NCBI GenBank assembly: GCA_004764695.1
Contig: SMSO01000031.1
Location: forward strand, 5,060,436-5,124,435
From: Schizochytrium sp. TIO01
Taxonomy: Eukaryota > Protista > Bigyra: Labyrinthulomycetes
DNA: 64,000 nt
Reading direction: 5' to 3'
Shown here: in pieces, positions 1 through 13,526 of the stretch
Layout of the letters: every line of letters begins with the position of its first letter
Position numbering within the stretch: position 1 is the stretch's first letter
Position numbers and translations under genes: made by a program
Notes under the pieces: generated by a model
Told to the model about the DNA's origin: nothing
Databases searched by the model: none
Seen by the model: only the letters and a program-made list of their open reading frames with translations

Positions 1-270
1 GCAACAGAGTAACATATATCGTGGTTGCTCTATTTGAAACCAGTAAACAATTCATGAAGAGAAATCAGTATTCAGTTCTCCAGAGCGCGCAAGAAGTGGA
101 ATGTTGTTTGATGATTTGAACTTCTCACACGAGAAAACAACCGGAACAAATATATTGAGTGGTACGCGTGTCGTCAAGCAGCTAACTGCACGATTGGTTT
201 TCATACTTCTATCACCAGCCTAAATCGGTCTCGATAATCGTAAAACCGTCTATCAACAAGGTACCGCTCT

Positions 271-372
271 CAAAGGCCGTTCCTTTTTTTAATATTTTAA
301 TATTTTTTTTAACCTACTTGACAAAGGCCGTTCCTTTTTTTAATATTTTAATATTTTTTTTAACCTACTTGA
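271..372. repeat. 51-bp perfect tandem duplication (2 copies)
   Basis: CAAAGGCCGTTCC...AACCTACTTGA at 271-321 is repeated at 322-372. Confidence 0.9.
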
Positions 373-2315
373 GTATAAGTCTCAGTACATAAGAGATATT
401 CATCCTTACTTGGGTTTTAGCCAAGCAACAGCAAAACACTCATACAAATATCTCACACCTGGAGAGATTGAACTCGAGTAAAATTCGGCAGGTTCCATGG
501 TAAGGCCACGATTTTGATCCTCCTGTCCTCGGTCATCTCCAGAAAACAGCTCTTCTTTTCAACCTGCCTTCAATTTTATGATCTTGGATGACCATCATTT
601 TTAATGCTTTTTGAAGTACTTATTACAGAAGATAGAAGGATGTTCTCTCGTTTTGCCCAAGTTAAAAGATTTTATCACAGTACCTCTGACTAGTGAGAGT
701 GAAAGATGCTTGACAGGAGCACGCAATTCTGCAAATGGAGAATGGATTTGCGCATTCTTCGTTTGTAGGTCCTTTGTCGGAAACCCTGTAAGCTTTCAAA
801 AAATGAAGTTTCAACACCATAGAGACTACAAACTCTGCGAGAAAGGACACAGTGGATACCAATAGGTACGAAAGAAAGGAAAAAGAAAGAAAGATGCTTC
901 TTCTAAGTCCCATCTTCAATGTCCTACAGATCCATAACCAACTGCTATTGCACCCTACCCTCTATTTACACTAATCTCGTCTTCTCGTACCTTGTACGGG
1001 TCACTCTTCCTGTGATCCCACCGTGTCCCGTATGTGGCCACCTGCAGGAGGGGTTGCAGAAAGTTCGACCGGCCTCTATGCACAAGCAGGCCCGCTCTCG
1101 GCCTGTCTGGAACGCCTCCGCTGCAGCGCCGATGGCTCCTATCCTCGCATAGTTGACTTCTACTTTTAGGAGTATAATAAACTCTTACTGGCAGCTAGGC
1201 AGAAGTCGTTCTCTGCTGTGACCGCAGAACTTGCAGCGGAGTGGGGGGCTATGCAGTCCGTAGCTAGTCTTACGCGCAGTCCTGAGGAAGTCTTAGCTGG
1301 GCTATACTTTTGACTAGGCGCGAAAGAAAAGAAAAAAGAAACTTAATTAAATAAGGGATCTGTGAAAGAAATTGATTGATAGATTGATAGATTGTGATAG
1401 AAGAAGAAGATGCTTCGACACAGAGCTTAATCAAGTGGTAATAGTCGATTTGGCGGTTCATTGCTGCGGCTGCGGTTAATTTCGCAAAGATTCTCTGCCT
1501 GAAAGATAAAGGCGAACAAGGTCGAGTAGTACGTTCTGAAAACACCTGCAACTTTTCGATGGAGGTTTTCTTTCTTATTTTTGTAAATGACAAAAACTCG
1601 GCTTCCTTTTTCAACAACATTCTTAAAATTTATTCATTGAAGGTGTGTGTCCAAGTGTACTTTCCACTTGCGCAGAGGCTATAACCCACTGGCTCCGCTC
1701 TATAGCCTACTGTGTGGCTCCCTCAATAGCCCACTTGCGGGAGATTCTCTAGCTCTGTTACGCAGCTATCTATCTCTCTATCTATCTGTTGGTGCGTCTG
1801 TTCGTTTGTACTTTCTTTAAAAGCGCTTTCAAGTAAGAAATAACAGCTCACTCATAAAACATCGTTTACTTTACTTTCCTTTCCTTCGCTGCCCGTGCCA
1901 ACCAAGTTTGCCGATGGCGCTCTTCGCGCAGAACGAGCTGTGTGCTTTGCCTGCCGCAGCATGCCACTCTTGAGCAAGAGAAGAAAGACGCCAAGGCCTT
2001 CCTCCTTCAACTCTGGTCCCGGCAAACTAATTCTATGATATGCCTGAGAAAGAAAGAAAGAAAGAAAGAGAGCAAAGTCATCAATAAAATAAAGAATGAA
2101 CGAGTGAGTGAGTGAATCAATGACCGACCAAATCCATTGCCATCGAGCAATTGATCGCACGCAGTCCGCGGCGCGGGTGGGTTTGCGGGTGACGCGGTTC
2201 TTGGTCTGTGGCACTGGCAGGCAGGTCTCCGCTTTTGTGCGCGTGGAGTGAAGAACCAGGCAGCCGTCTCGGCGCCTCTGTCCTCACTTGCCTTCACCCA
2301 TTCTGATTGGCCAAA

Positions 2316-2641
2316 TGAATGAGTGAATGAATGAATGAATGAATGAATGAATGAATGAATGAATGAATGAATGTGATTGAGTGATTGAATGAGCTCATTA
2401 TAATAATAAACACGATCGATACAGTAATGTTATGTAATGCAATGCAATGCAATGCAGTGTAATATAATGATTGATTGATTGATTGACTGAAGAAACTGAA
2501 GAAATTGAAGTGAACTTCTGAAAGGGCAAATCGAAGAGCGAATCGACCAATCTTTCAAGGCAACCAAAGCAGCAGACGAAGCAGAACGAGCCTGAACGAG
2601 AAGGCAAAAACCAGGCAAGTATGCAAGCAAGCAAGCAAGCA

Positions 2642-2672
<31 letters not shown>

Positions 2673-2831
2673 AAACAAACAAACATCAGACACCACCTAA
2701 GACACTCAGAGAAGGGGAAGGAAGGCAGCAAGCAGGCGCTACTCCAGTCCTAGCGTAAATGGTAGTGCAGCGGTGTATACCATGATGTCTAATATTGCAG
2801 CATAGTACAGCTGTTTGTAAGTAAGTAAGTA

Positions 2832-2885
<54 letters not shown>

Positions 2886-3075
2886 GAGAATATTTGTTTA
2901 GTGTTGTTTGTTGATTTGTTGACTTGTTTGATTGATTGTTGATTTGTTTGATTGATTGTTGACTTGTTTGATTGAGTGTTTGATTGAGTGTTTGATTGAT
3001 TGATTGAGTGTTTGATTGATTGTTTGATTGTTGACTGTTCGTTTGTTTGTTTGAGTGTTTGATTGTTTGATTGTT
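2316..3075. repeat. Microsatellite-rich upstream region of NDUFV1: (GAAT)n, (GCAA)n, (TTAG)n, (TTGA/TTTG)n
   Basis: Tetranucleotide runs at about 2316-2372, 2622-2672, 2833-2885 and 2900-3075. GTAAGT at 2817 may open a 5' UTR intron. Confidence 0.85.
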
Positions 3076-3220
3076 TATTAATTAGTATGTTGTGTAGTTA
3101 ACTATATTATAGCATGATCGATTGACTGATGGGTTGATTTATAAGGTTAGAAGTAGTGTATATAGAGATAAGGGCAGGCTGAGCAGAGCCTGAATAGGAT
3201 AAATAGCTTGGGCAGCGACG

Positions 3221-4744
3221 ATGATGATGCTCCAGGCCGGCAGCGTTGCTCGCGCGCGCGCGTCTAGCGTGGCCTCTGGCGTGGTCTCGCGGCACGCTCG
3301 CAGTTTGTCTGGTGCGGCTGATGTTCCTCTTACGCGTACGTACGGCGGCCTGAAGGATGAGGACCGCATCTTTCAGAATCTCTACGGCGAGAACGACTGG
3401 GCCCTCCGCGATGCCCAGAAGCGCGGCGACTGGTACCGCACGAAGGAAATTATGTGGATGGGTCCCGACTGGATCCAGCAGGAGATCAAGGACTCTGGAC
3501 TCCGCGGACGTGGTGGTGCCGGCTTCCCCTCCGGACTCAAGTGGAGCTTCATGCCCAAGGCCACAGATGGCCGCCCCAACTTCTTGCTCATTAACGCCGA
3601 CGAGTCCGAGCCCGGTACCTGCAAGGATCGTGAGATTATGCGTAAGGAGCCCCACAAGCTGATCGAGGGTTGCCTCATCGCTGGTTTTGCCATGCGCGCC
3701 CGTGCCGCCTACATCTACATCCGTGGTGAGTTTTTTAACGAAGCCATCACGCTTGAGAAGGCCATCTTCGAGGCCTACGAGAACGGCCTGCTCGGCAAGA
3801 ACGCCGCCGGATCCGGATATGACTTCGACGTCTACCTCCACCGCGGTGCTGGTGCCTACATTTGCGGTGAGGAGACCGCCACCATTGAGTCGCTCGAGGG
3901 TCGCCAGGGTAAGCCCCGCCTCAAGCCTCCTTTCCCCGCCGACACCGGTCTCTGGGGATGCCCGACCACTGTAACAAATGTCGAGACCATTGCAGTCAGC
4001 CCTACCATCCTCCGCCGAGGAGCATCCTGGTTTAGCGGACTCGGACGCAAGGGCAACCACGGCACCAAGCTCTTCATCATCTCAGGACACGTGAACAACC
4101 CGCTCTGTGTTGAGGAGGAAATGGGTATTCCCTTCAAGGACCTCATCGACATGCACTGCGGTGGTGTGCGTGGAGGCTGGGACAACTTCCAGGCTGTTAT
4201 CCCTGGTGGATCCTCGGTGCCTCTTCTCACCAAGAAGGCTGTTGACGACGCAGGTGACCTTCACATGGACTTCGACGGACTCAAGTCTGTCGGATCCGGT
4301 CTCGGTACGGCAGCAGTGACCGTCTTCGACAAGAGCTTTGACATGGTTGCTGGCATTAGACGCCTGGCTCACTTCTACTCACACGAGTCATGCGGACAGT
4401 GCACACCCTGCAGAGAGGGAACCACTTGGATGGAGGATGTGCTCAAGCGTATGGAGAACGGTAATGCCGACGCACGCGAGATTCCCATGCTTGAGGAGAT
4501 CTCCCGCCAGATCGAAGGACACACCATCTGCGCTCTTGGAGATGCCGCTGCTTGGCCTATTCAGGGTCTCATCAAGAACTACTACGAGCACCTTACGGAG
4601 CGTGCTGAGGCCGGTCCTGAGAACGCTCAGCGCATTGCCCAGAGCACCTACCAGAAGGCATGGACTGGCAAGCCCTTCAGCAACCACGACTGGATCGCCA
4701 AGCACGGTGAGGGCACCACCTACAAGGCCAAGGCCTCTGCGTAA
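3221..4744 (+). CDS. NDUFV1: NADH:ubiquinone oxidoreductase 51-kDa flavoprotein subunit, mitochondrial
   Basis: Motifs [38 protein letters not shown] and Fe-S motif [12 protein letters not shown]...HTICALGD; Arg/Ser/Ala-rich mitochondrial presequence; strong codon bias. Confidence 0.98.
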   Translation: MMMLQAGSVARARASSVASGVVSRHARSLSGAADVPLTRTYGGLKDEDRIFQNLYGENDWALRDAQKRGDWYRTKEIMWMGPDWIQQEIKDSGLRGRGGAGFPSGLKWSFMPKATDGRPNFLLINADESEPGTCKDREIMRKEPHKLIEGCLIAGFAMRARAAYIYIRGEFFNEAITLEKAIFEAYENGLLGKNAAGSGYDFDVYLHRGAGAYICGEETATIESLEGRQGKPRLKPPFPADTGLWGCPTTVTNVETIAVSPTILRRGASWFSGLGRKGNHGTKLFIISGHVNNPLCVEEEMGIPFKDLIDMHCGGVRGGWDNFQAVIPGGSSVPLLTKKAVDDAGDLHMDFDGLKSVGSGLGTAAVTVFDKSFDMVAGIRRLAHFYSHESCGQCTPCREGTTWMEDVLKRMENGNADAREIPMLEEISRQIEGHTICALGDAAAWPIQGLIKNYYEHLTERAEAGPENAQRIAQSTYQKAWTGKPFSNHDWIAKHGEGTTYKAKASA

Positions 4745-6870
4745 ACTTCCTTACTCTACTCGCTCACCCCAACCCCATCCGTCCATCCGTCAATGAATCA
4801 ATCCATCAATACCATTCATCCATCTAGCATTCCATCACCTACTCACTACCACACCCCGTGACATTCATTCCTTTTTTTGCTCGTTATGCTCGCTACAAAC
4901 AACATGTGCTTTGCCTATATTTTAAAGGCCAATCACATCACCCCAAGCTCTAACATAATGTCATGTTCTTACCCTTGACAACTTTTTGCTATCTTGATTT
5001 ATCTCCTGCACATATACTGTTTTGCATTTTTGATTCTTGCATTCTTGCATTCATCCATCTATCCATCCATCAAATACAATGATCAGTTAGAGCTCGCTGT
5101 AGAGGTACAATCGCGCTTATTGTGGTTGTATCGCAACCATCCATAGTATAGCAACACTCGAATACATATTTTTCTCTTGTCTTGATTTAGCAGTTTCCGG
5201 ATCCAAGGCACTTCTACATTTTGTTTTGGCTTGCAAAGAGCAAAGAGTTAAGCACACCGAACTGGAAAATGTGTTTTATTAGATTGCTGATGTTCATACC
5301 TGACAAAAGTAGAGAACACCAAATAATGCGTATTGCTTTCGAAATCAAGAGTCTAAATATTACAAACAGATCACGTAAAGCGCAGACCTCAGGGATACAT
5401 GCACAACTCATAAAATTTAGACAGCTCCATCGCACAGCTTGCAATAAATTTTGTCTTTTCTTTTTTTTGCGGCTTAAGTGTAGCACACCACATTTAGAAA
5501 GAAGACGAGTCTATCTAAATTTAGCATTGTGGCTTACAATGAATATTACTTTTAAAGCATTTATTTAACTTAAAATAAATACGAGAAAGTTTTTTTTAAA
5601 GTTTTTTTTTTTAATTTTAATTTTATGACAAACTTTAAATAGTTAAAATATATGTATATCATGTAAACCTATATAGTATTTAAAAAAAAAAAAAAGTTTA
5701 CAAACATTTTTAATCAAAAAGATCTCCATATGACTTTAAAACATAGTTTAGGCTGAAAGTACATGTTTTGTTTATCCTTTTTTTTTAATAAAAATTCTTT
5801 TTTAAAATAATATATATAAATTTTTAAAATGTTTTTGTAGAAAAATGAAAAGATGTTAGAATGGGCTTACAAAGATAAAATAGTAAAAATACAAAGTATT
5901 CTTAGAACTCGAAGATCCCATCTCCAAATTTCAAAAGAAACACCAAAAAAGACAAATAACACAAAACAACTCTCCGACCCCATGCATAGCATACTTGAAG
6001 AAAGTTGAGTTCTCAAATGTGCTTAAGACTGCAGCAAGCATGATTACTTGGTAAATGAGTGCAATGATGCGAAATAGATAGCCAGAAGCTTCTTATTAAG
6101 CTGAGATTCATGCAGAATTAGGAAATGGCAGAAGATAATTCGTTTACTTTATCCAGTTACTAAAAAACAACAAGAGAAGGTCAATCTAGTTTTAGTAGGC
6201 AACTAATAAGTGGAGACCTTCCACATGAGCGAGCAAAGTTTCAAGTGGGTCAGCAGGGAAATGTTCTGTAACAGAATTTGGAACGGGCAATCCACGAAGA
6301 TGCATGGCTGTTTAGCGAATAGATTTGAAGCAAAGGAGCGATTATTTTTGACAAATTGAAAGCAACACACTCAAGCAAGGGGTTGGGCGAATCATCTTTT
6401 GAAGAGGATTTGTATGCATATTATTATTTGTATGTTTTTTGTTTTTGTTTTTGTTTTTTTTTGGGGGGGGGGGTCAAGTCAATTTCAACTTCTTACGCTG
6501 CTATCTCCACTAACAAAGCGATCGAAAGCTTATTAGACTGATATTGGTGAATCTTGCTAGCTTCGATTCAAAAACGTATGCAATGAATAAGACAATTTTT
6601 TTTAAATGCACATTGTGTGTCTAGTTCGTTTTCCTTGGAGTTTTACAGGATCTTGAAAATTTTCCACACCTCATGCGACAGTGCTGAAAGCTGCAATATT
6701 TGGTCAGACGCTTTATCGTCAACTACTCAAGCCTACTCAATTCACCCTCCTTCGTCCTTTATGATCATCCTTTTTTCCTACCGGAAAGAATGTGACTGAT
6801 CTTCAAAATAGTCGCAAGAGTGAGGCCTGAGTTCTTGTTTGGTAACAACTCGGACAAATGATCGTGTCAT

Positions 6871-7761
6871 TTAAAGAGTTTTGTACTTTCTGACATACTT
6901 GCCAGGGGCACGACTGTCCGTAGAACTTTCAGGTGCGACCGCCTGGGCACAGAGTGGGTATTCATCGCTGCATTGACAGCGAGGGTCCTCTGCAGTTTGC
7001 CAGATACTAGACGAAGACACTGCATTGGGACTTACAGGAGCACATACCGCGTCCGTGGTGAGTTGAGTCATTTGGCAGCCCATACGAGTTCCTGCAATAT
7101 CATAAGACTTCGTTGACTTACAGTAAGTGCAGTTAAAAATTGGTGGAATGCTAAACGACTCGCATAGTTCATCGGTGATCTTACCCTTGCCCACAGCCTG
7201 TGCATGGCAGCGGTTCTTGTAGCAGCCGTGACCAGCATAAATTTTCTCGCCAAAGTACTTATTTGCCAGAGATACATCTTCAGAAGTCAGCCATACGCAG
7301 CGACCAGCAGTCTCCTGGAGTGTACACTCTCCAGTATTGTACTGGTTGCAAGGGTTACCGACGCAGGTGCGGTTAGAAGAACCTAACATTGTGCAAGCTG
7401 CGTTAAGAGCATCCGTAGACAAATCCGTATAGTTACCACGGGCACTCTTGCTTCGGCACGCCTCGGGGTCATCGGAATAATTGAAGCAGTATGTATCGAG
7501 AACAGTAGTCTGCTCGTCGATAGTAGCATAGTCAATGGTTAGATTTTGGCGACTCTCCCACCAGCCATTCTCTCCGGCGATTTCAGAGCAAACCGGATGG
7601 TTTGGGCGCTTCTGGGCTGCAGTGAGTTTCACCTTGAGATTGCGGCGCTGCTTCGGATTTTCAGCCAGCTTGGCGTCATCTGATAAGCTAGCCTTTTCTG
7701 CCTTGACATTTGCCAAAGTGACAAAGCCCAGAACAAAGATGAGAACCTGTGTAAACTTCAT
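6871..7761 (-). CDS. Secreted cysteine-rich protein of unknown function (296 aa)
   Basis: ATG-started ORF with signal peptide MKFTQVLIFVLGFVTLANVKA, about 20 Cys, and N-glycosylation sequons NLT, NYS, NYT, NRT, NCT. Confidence 0.8.
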   Translation of the reverse strand: MKFTQVLIFVLGFVTLANVKAEKASLSDDAKLAENPKQRRNLKVKLTAAQKRPNHPVCSEIAGENGWWESRQNLTIDYATIDEQTTVLDTYCFNYSDDPEACRSKSARGNYTDLSTDALNAACTMLGSSNRTCVGNPCNQYNTGECTLQETAGRCVWLTSEDVSLANKYFGEKIYAGHGCYKNRCHAQAVGKGKITDELCESFSIPPIFNCTYCKSTKSYDIAGTRMGCQMTQLTTDAVCAPVSPNAVSSSSIWQTAEDPRCQCSDEYPLCAQAVAPESSTDSRAPGKYVRKYKTL

Positions 7762-10700
7762 GATTCAATGCTGCTTTTGACAAGTCAAGTCTGTGCTTTC
7801 TTTGTCTCCGCTTTTTAGCTCTTAGAGATGTTTTGGATTTGCTTGCTCGAGACCGACAAAAGTCAAACTTCGCGGCGAAACTACAGCGCGTTATGAAAGG
7901 TTTTACAGAAGAGCCCTCCTAGGGACAGATAGGTTTTTAATAGTGATCCCACCCAAAAAAATAAATTAATAATATACCTTACTGTATCTCAAACTCCACA
8001 ATCTGTTTGTTGTATTAGGTTGTCTGTACGCATCATGCTTAAAAGCTCTGTATATTATCGTTATTTGAATCTTTTCTTGACTGTCTCTGGTATGATTGTT
8101 TTCGTGGACGTACAATCAAAGTTTCCTTCTGATAGAATTATCTGCTTATGTACAATTGCGATAATACTTGTGTTATGGTATCAAATAGCATATATTATAG
8201 TTGCCTTTGAATTAAAAAATAATAATAATAAAAAAAGCATTACTTTAAAAATAAAAAACAACTTATAAAAACGTATTGGAACAACCTGAATGCAAGCCCA
8301 TGCGCGTACCTCGTACGCAATTTGCTGAATTGATTCGAAACTGACTCATGGCACGCACAAAAGGCCCGTAATGTTGACATGATGATCCCAGTAGGCCCTG
8401 TGTTGCAAGCTCTATCCCATGTCTCGAAGGACAGGCCGAGGGTCAAACCACTATACTCAACGGAAAAATGTGCTACCACCATCACCACCACCACCACCAC
8501 CACTACCATATACAAAATTCGTATTATGGCGTACTAGCTAGCAGAGGGACCACCAAATATTACAGAAAGTTGTTGTAGAATGCTGCATAGTATTTGTAGA
8601 AATACAGCGGATTGTTTACCTCGCTTTACTTGTCATGCCTATCTATGTTGAACAAATTGGTTCTTGTTCCTTTCTAAACTTTCAGAGGATTTCACGGAAA
8701 AGTTTACAGCCTAGCTGTAGCTTCTCAATGGTGAGTAAGACACCGCAAAAATATACCATTTCGACTATTCCATGTTGCCGTTTTATTGCTCGCTTCCATC
8801 GATTCGAGGAAATGATGAATTACCCCCAAGCAAATCCAAAGGTTCGCTTTTCTTCACATCTATCATTTGACATGTTAGTTTCGATTATTATTATATCGAC
8901 TATATCGAATCGCTTCTTTTATTTTTGAAGAATTTATTTTCTTCTAAACTTTAGAAGTGAGCACCAAAGAGGATTTGGGGCTTGAGTGGGACCTTTTGCA
9001 AAGAACAATTAGGCTTTGGAGGGAAGCAAATTTGCAGACTTTAATGAAGCGCAACTGGCCCTACGAAAACATCAGGGGGGTGGCGAGGGGGTTCTGTTTC
9101 TTCGAAGAAGTTTCATGCTGTTTATTCTCGCTTTCTTCCATTCTTTCACTTTCTTTTCTTTCCTATTAATTGCTTTTCTGTAATTAGTATTCTTTTAGGT
9201 TTTCGCACGTGCAGTCATCGATGGCGAGATGAGTGAATGCAAGCTTCGGACCACCTTTCGTCGAAACAAAGTGGTTTGAGTAACTTGAGCTTGAATGCAC
9301 CACTGAGTGTATATCGCTTACTCTTTTTAACGATATACGACCGGGGTTATCGAAAAGTGGAGATGATGTGTAGTTTATGTGTTACATCATGGGACTAGTT
9401 AAAAAGCGAACTTTTTGACTGACGAAATCAATTCTTGCGCCTAAAAAGCTGCTTGGAGGGCCAGCTGAGAATTGGGCTAACTACATTGGTACCGCACGTC
9501 AGCTTACATAATGCAACATTAAGCATTTTAAACTCTTTCGTCTACAGGCAAATTACGAAGGAGGGCTCAAACATGATATTTCAGGTTTGAAAAATAATTA
9601 TCACAATTAAATTTAAAAATTTTGAAAATTTAAAAAAATAAAAAAATCTTTAAAAAAGCGAAATAGGTAAACAGAGTCTCGACTTGGGAGCCGTTTCACG
9701 AATACTCAATCGACAGTTTTTAACATATGAAACCTTCAGTCACAGATAATGAACTCCACATAACTCACCTCACGGCAGGTGTCAAACTCTTTAAGAAACT
9801 CCATGCATCTAGCAATGAATGAAGCTGTTCGGGGCTTCGCCACGACAGGGTGTGTCAATTTGCAAGGTACGAACGAAGCAATCCCACGGACAAGTGAAGA
9901 ATGTCGCGTACAGAAACTTTGGGCCTCGGCCATGAAAGGTTCGCATAAACCAAAATCGGAGGGACGCAACGATGTGCTGGCGAGATGCCAGCTGACCAGG
10001 ATGTTTTATAGTGTCAATTGAACTAAGACGACAGTTTTTTAATATCAAGCACAGTTCACCTGCAAACAAAGAAACAAATAAATGGAAAAGATCAATCGCA
10101 AAATTAGAAGATAAACTCATATTCTATGGTAGATAGAGCTTGTAAATGTATTCTGAATAGAAGACATGAGATATAGTCGACCTCGGGTAGTCAAATAGTC
10201 ACTTGTTGGCTTACAACTGTATCAAGCGCAGACATTGCGCCATCGCTAAGTACTAAGGGCGCGTGTAAAAGGAACAAGTAATGGGAATTAAAGATCGCAC
10301 CAAGACTAGTCGTAAGAAGCAAGGCAACGAGGATTGATCATACTCCACGAAGAAGCTTAAGTGGCGCTATTGATCGGTAAAAGTATTTATCCGAGACGTA
10401 TCTGCAGTAGGCCAGAGACAGAGTAGGTTAATGCAACAATTGCTCGAGTGTTTGTTACAGCTCATTTCAAACAACCCAACACTTGAAGTTGAGATTAGAT
10501 CTGAAGGTCCCAAGCAAGACGGAATTAATGCATAAGATTGTTATGATAGGAATTGCCGTGAAGTCTTGATCGAGTTTCACGAACCTGACCTTTTAAAATG
10601 TGCTTTGTCTATCAAGAAATCTTCCGAGAAAGAGCCAGGTTGAGAATTCCAAGATAGATCTCTATTTGGATGAGTTTTTCATTTTGTTGTTAAAATTCGG

Positions 10701-12462
10701 CGATCCATGCTTGTTGAATACTCAACTTAATGTATACTTGAGTTACAGCGCTGGGCATTAACTTACCTTGCAACGCGCCTCATTCGGTCACTCTAATCAT
10801 TTATGCTAAACATATTTTTGAAAAATTTAGTTAATGAAAGAGCCCGAAATTTGGATCGGACTTCTCTAATAAACTGAATTTAGTACCACACAACTAGACC
10901 ACTTGTGTCATTTGTAAATTCCGTGAAAAAATCCAATTCAATGCTGCAGTTATAATCTGCTAGTGAAACTTTATGGAATATTTTTCAAAACATGAAACCA
11001 GACAGTATATACTACAGAGTCTTACGGCCCAACCAAAAGATAACTCGATGAGCAGCACGTCTCCAGTTCTCCGTAGTTTGCACCGCAAGAAATGAAACAA
11101 GGGTTTGTAGATGGGTAGGGCCGATTGGGATGGAAATTAATCTTGGGTAGTTTAATCAAGTCATTGCAAAAGGCTCTGAGGATTGTGTAGGGAAACAGAG
11201 TCAGTATGCAAAGTAGACGTCACAATTATATATTCTATGGCTCTGCATTTCCAATATTTCATCCCAACGTATAAAAGCACAAGCAGTGTTTGCAAGTAAA
11301 TTTAATCAAATTCCTCGTGCTGAACTTTGAAAGGTATATGTTGCGATGCGCGATCACAAGCTTCTAAACTTGGTTTGATTGTCAAGGGGAATTCGTTTTC
11401 GATGTATTTAGTATTGCACAAGGTGCGCTCGTACAATGATCAACTCGGTGTATCTGATGTTTAAGTCCTTCGTAAGATACTGCTACGCTAAGTTAAACTT
11501 GCCAGGCCTATGGACTGGGCGTAGAGATTGTACGATTTGAACAATCGCAAGTTCCCCAAGAATATAAGCATACAAAACCTGGTTTGCTTATTCCTTTGTG
11601 GTTTTGTAAGAGCGAGACGGAATCCAAGGTTTTTCGTTGCTCTCGACAAAGATAGTACTAAATATCATAATGGCATTGTATACACCAGTGAGGAAGGCAA
11701 GGCCGGCTTTGGTGACACCATATTGAACACCACTGCTACGTGTCTAAAGGCTTGCATTCGAGCATTAAAACCTTGACAAAATCAACAAACTAACCTATTA
11801 GCATCCTGAATTATTTGGCGAGCAGATTGCCGGATCGATTTACCAGAACGGATGTTGTAGCATTGCTTCTAAATGATAGCGAAGGCAAAGGTGTCAAGGA
11901 GTAGATAATAGATACCTTCGAATCTATAACATACGATGTGCTGGTGATGGAAATGTATTTCGCCAAGCTTTGCATTTGCACAGCCGTTAAGTAATTCATA
12001 ACAAAAATAACAAATTCTTCGCTTAGTATTTCCTTGAACGACACAACCAATTCCTCAAAACTACTAGAGCTCGCGTGCTTGAAGTCTATTTGTGTGGTTT
12101 ACCTGCATGTGGGTAAACATGCCCATGTTTGCTCGCAATCATGGAGGCCTGCAGCCCAGCATGTGTTTGGGTTCCAGGCCACCATGGTTATCATAAACTA
12201 TACATTTCACGCGAGTTTTAAGATAAGTCAATGCTCATGTCCATGTCCAGTATTCACTGAGCCTACTGTTTGTCTATTGCACTGACAGAGATCATTGTTG
12301 CCGTTCTGTTTGTTCAAAGTTTAGGATGAATAATAACAATAATAATAGAACGCCACTCTCGTAGTAAGATGTTCTTGAATATTTCTCATCAACCTTGACG
12401 TCTCCCAAACTATTCAACGCAAAGCTTGCTTGCTTGGTCCACGACATTCTGTGCGTACAAAG

Positions 12463-13413
12463 ATGAAGCTTAGTTTGGCCAAACGAAAAAAACGGCAACG
12501 CTCAAACGATAGTGAGGAGGATCCCTTTGGCGCCGAAGTCGACGATGATCAAGAGCTCGATGGCAATGCGCTCGACGAAGACGGGAGAGATAATAACCGC
12601 GACGCTTTAGATAGCCGGGAGCGTGCCAAACGTGATCGTAAAAAAATGAATGCAAGGCTACAGGCAGTGAATGAGATCAATGCACAAGTGGCTAATAATG
12701 ATGCGAAAGCCCAAGGCGTGAGTAGCGAAGAACTTGACAAAGCTTTCAAAGCAGCTCGAGAAAAGCAAAGTAGGGAGGCCGAGGCCGGGGCCTCTGGAAA
12801 CAAGGATGCGAAGAGTAGATATATTAGTAGGCTCCTTGAAACAGCACAGGAACGCGAGTTGAGACATGAACGCGCTAGAGAAAAGCTCATTCGGAAGACT
12901 ATTGAAGAAGAAAGCAAAGACCTTGGCGCTCCCACAGAGATTTTTGTAACAGATTCATACAAGAAGAAACTACAAGAGCGGGAGCTCTGGGAGCAGGAGG
13001 AGGAGCGCAAAGAAAAGGAGTCACAGTCGCAGCGGAGTCTTGGGGCATTCAATCGAGCCTTCCTTATGGGCGATGATCCTGAACTTGGTGGATCAAACTC
13101 AGCAGCATCTTCCTCCTCTTCCTTGGAAAGCTCCGCAGGACTGGCGGTAGTCTCTGGGAGTAGAATTCAATCGAGAGAAGATGTTCCAGCAACTATGGCT
13201 ATTCCAAGTAACACTCAAAGTATAAATGGAACTCCCAAGGCTAGGTCTTTAATTTCAACCTCATTTGATTCAGAAAACAAAGCATTCGCAAGCGACACAG
13301 ACAAACCTACGGCAACTATTTCACGGTGCAGAATTACTGCAGAAGAGCTTGAGGCCGCCCGCCAACGGGCCACTGAGCGCTACGAATTGCGGCGTGCAAG
13401 CCGGATACAGTAA
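12463..13413 (+). CDS. NSRP1: Nuclear speckle splicing regulatory protein 1 / CCDC55 (DUF2040) homolog
   Basis: KSRYISRLLETAQERE...EIFVTDSYKKKLQE matches the DUF2040 core; first ATG at 12463 (the track start is TTG). Confidence 0.85.
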   Translation: MKLSLAKRKKRQRSNDSEEDPFGAEVDDDQELDGNALDEDGRDNNRDALDSRERAKRDRKKMNARLQAVNEINAQVANNDAKAQGVSSEELDKAFKAAREKQSREAEAGASGNKDAKSRYISRLLETAQERELRHERAREKLIRKTIEEESKDLGAPTEIFVTDSYKKKLQERELWEQEEERKEKESQSQRSLGAFNRAFLMGDDPELGGSNSAASSSSSLESSAGLAVVSGSRIQSREDVPATMAIPSNTQSINGTPKARSLISTSFDSENKAFASDTDKPTATISRCRITAEELEAARQRATERYELRRASRIQ

Positions 13414-13526
13414 ATTGATGCTACTCCTCAAGCTAAATTTTCAGATACTGTAGATCTAAATTATCTATTGTTATTTTTACCATTGTTATTTTAGAAATAT
13501 GTATTTCATCATTAGGGGTGAATCAT

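Noticed and set aside
3107-4060. 317-aa ORF antisense to NDUFV1 (also 36258-37121 antisense to AdoMetDC)
   Set aside because: Shadow ORFs caused by strong sense-strand codon bias; no recognisable domain
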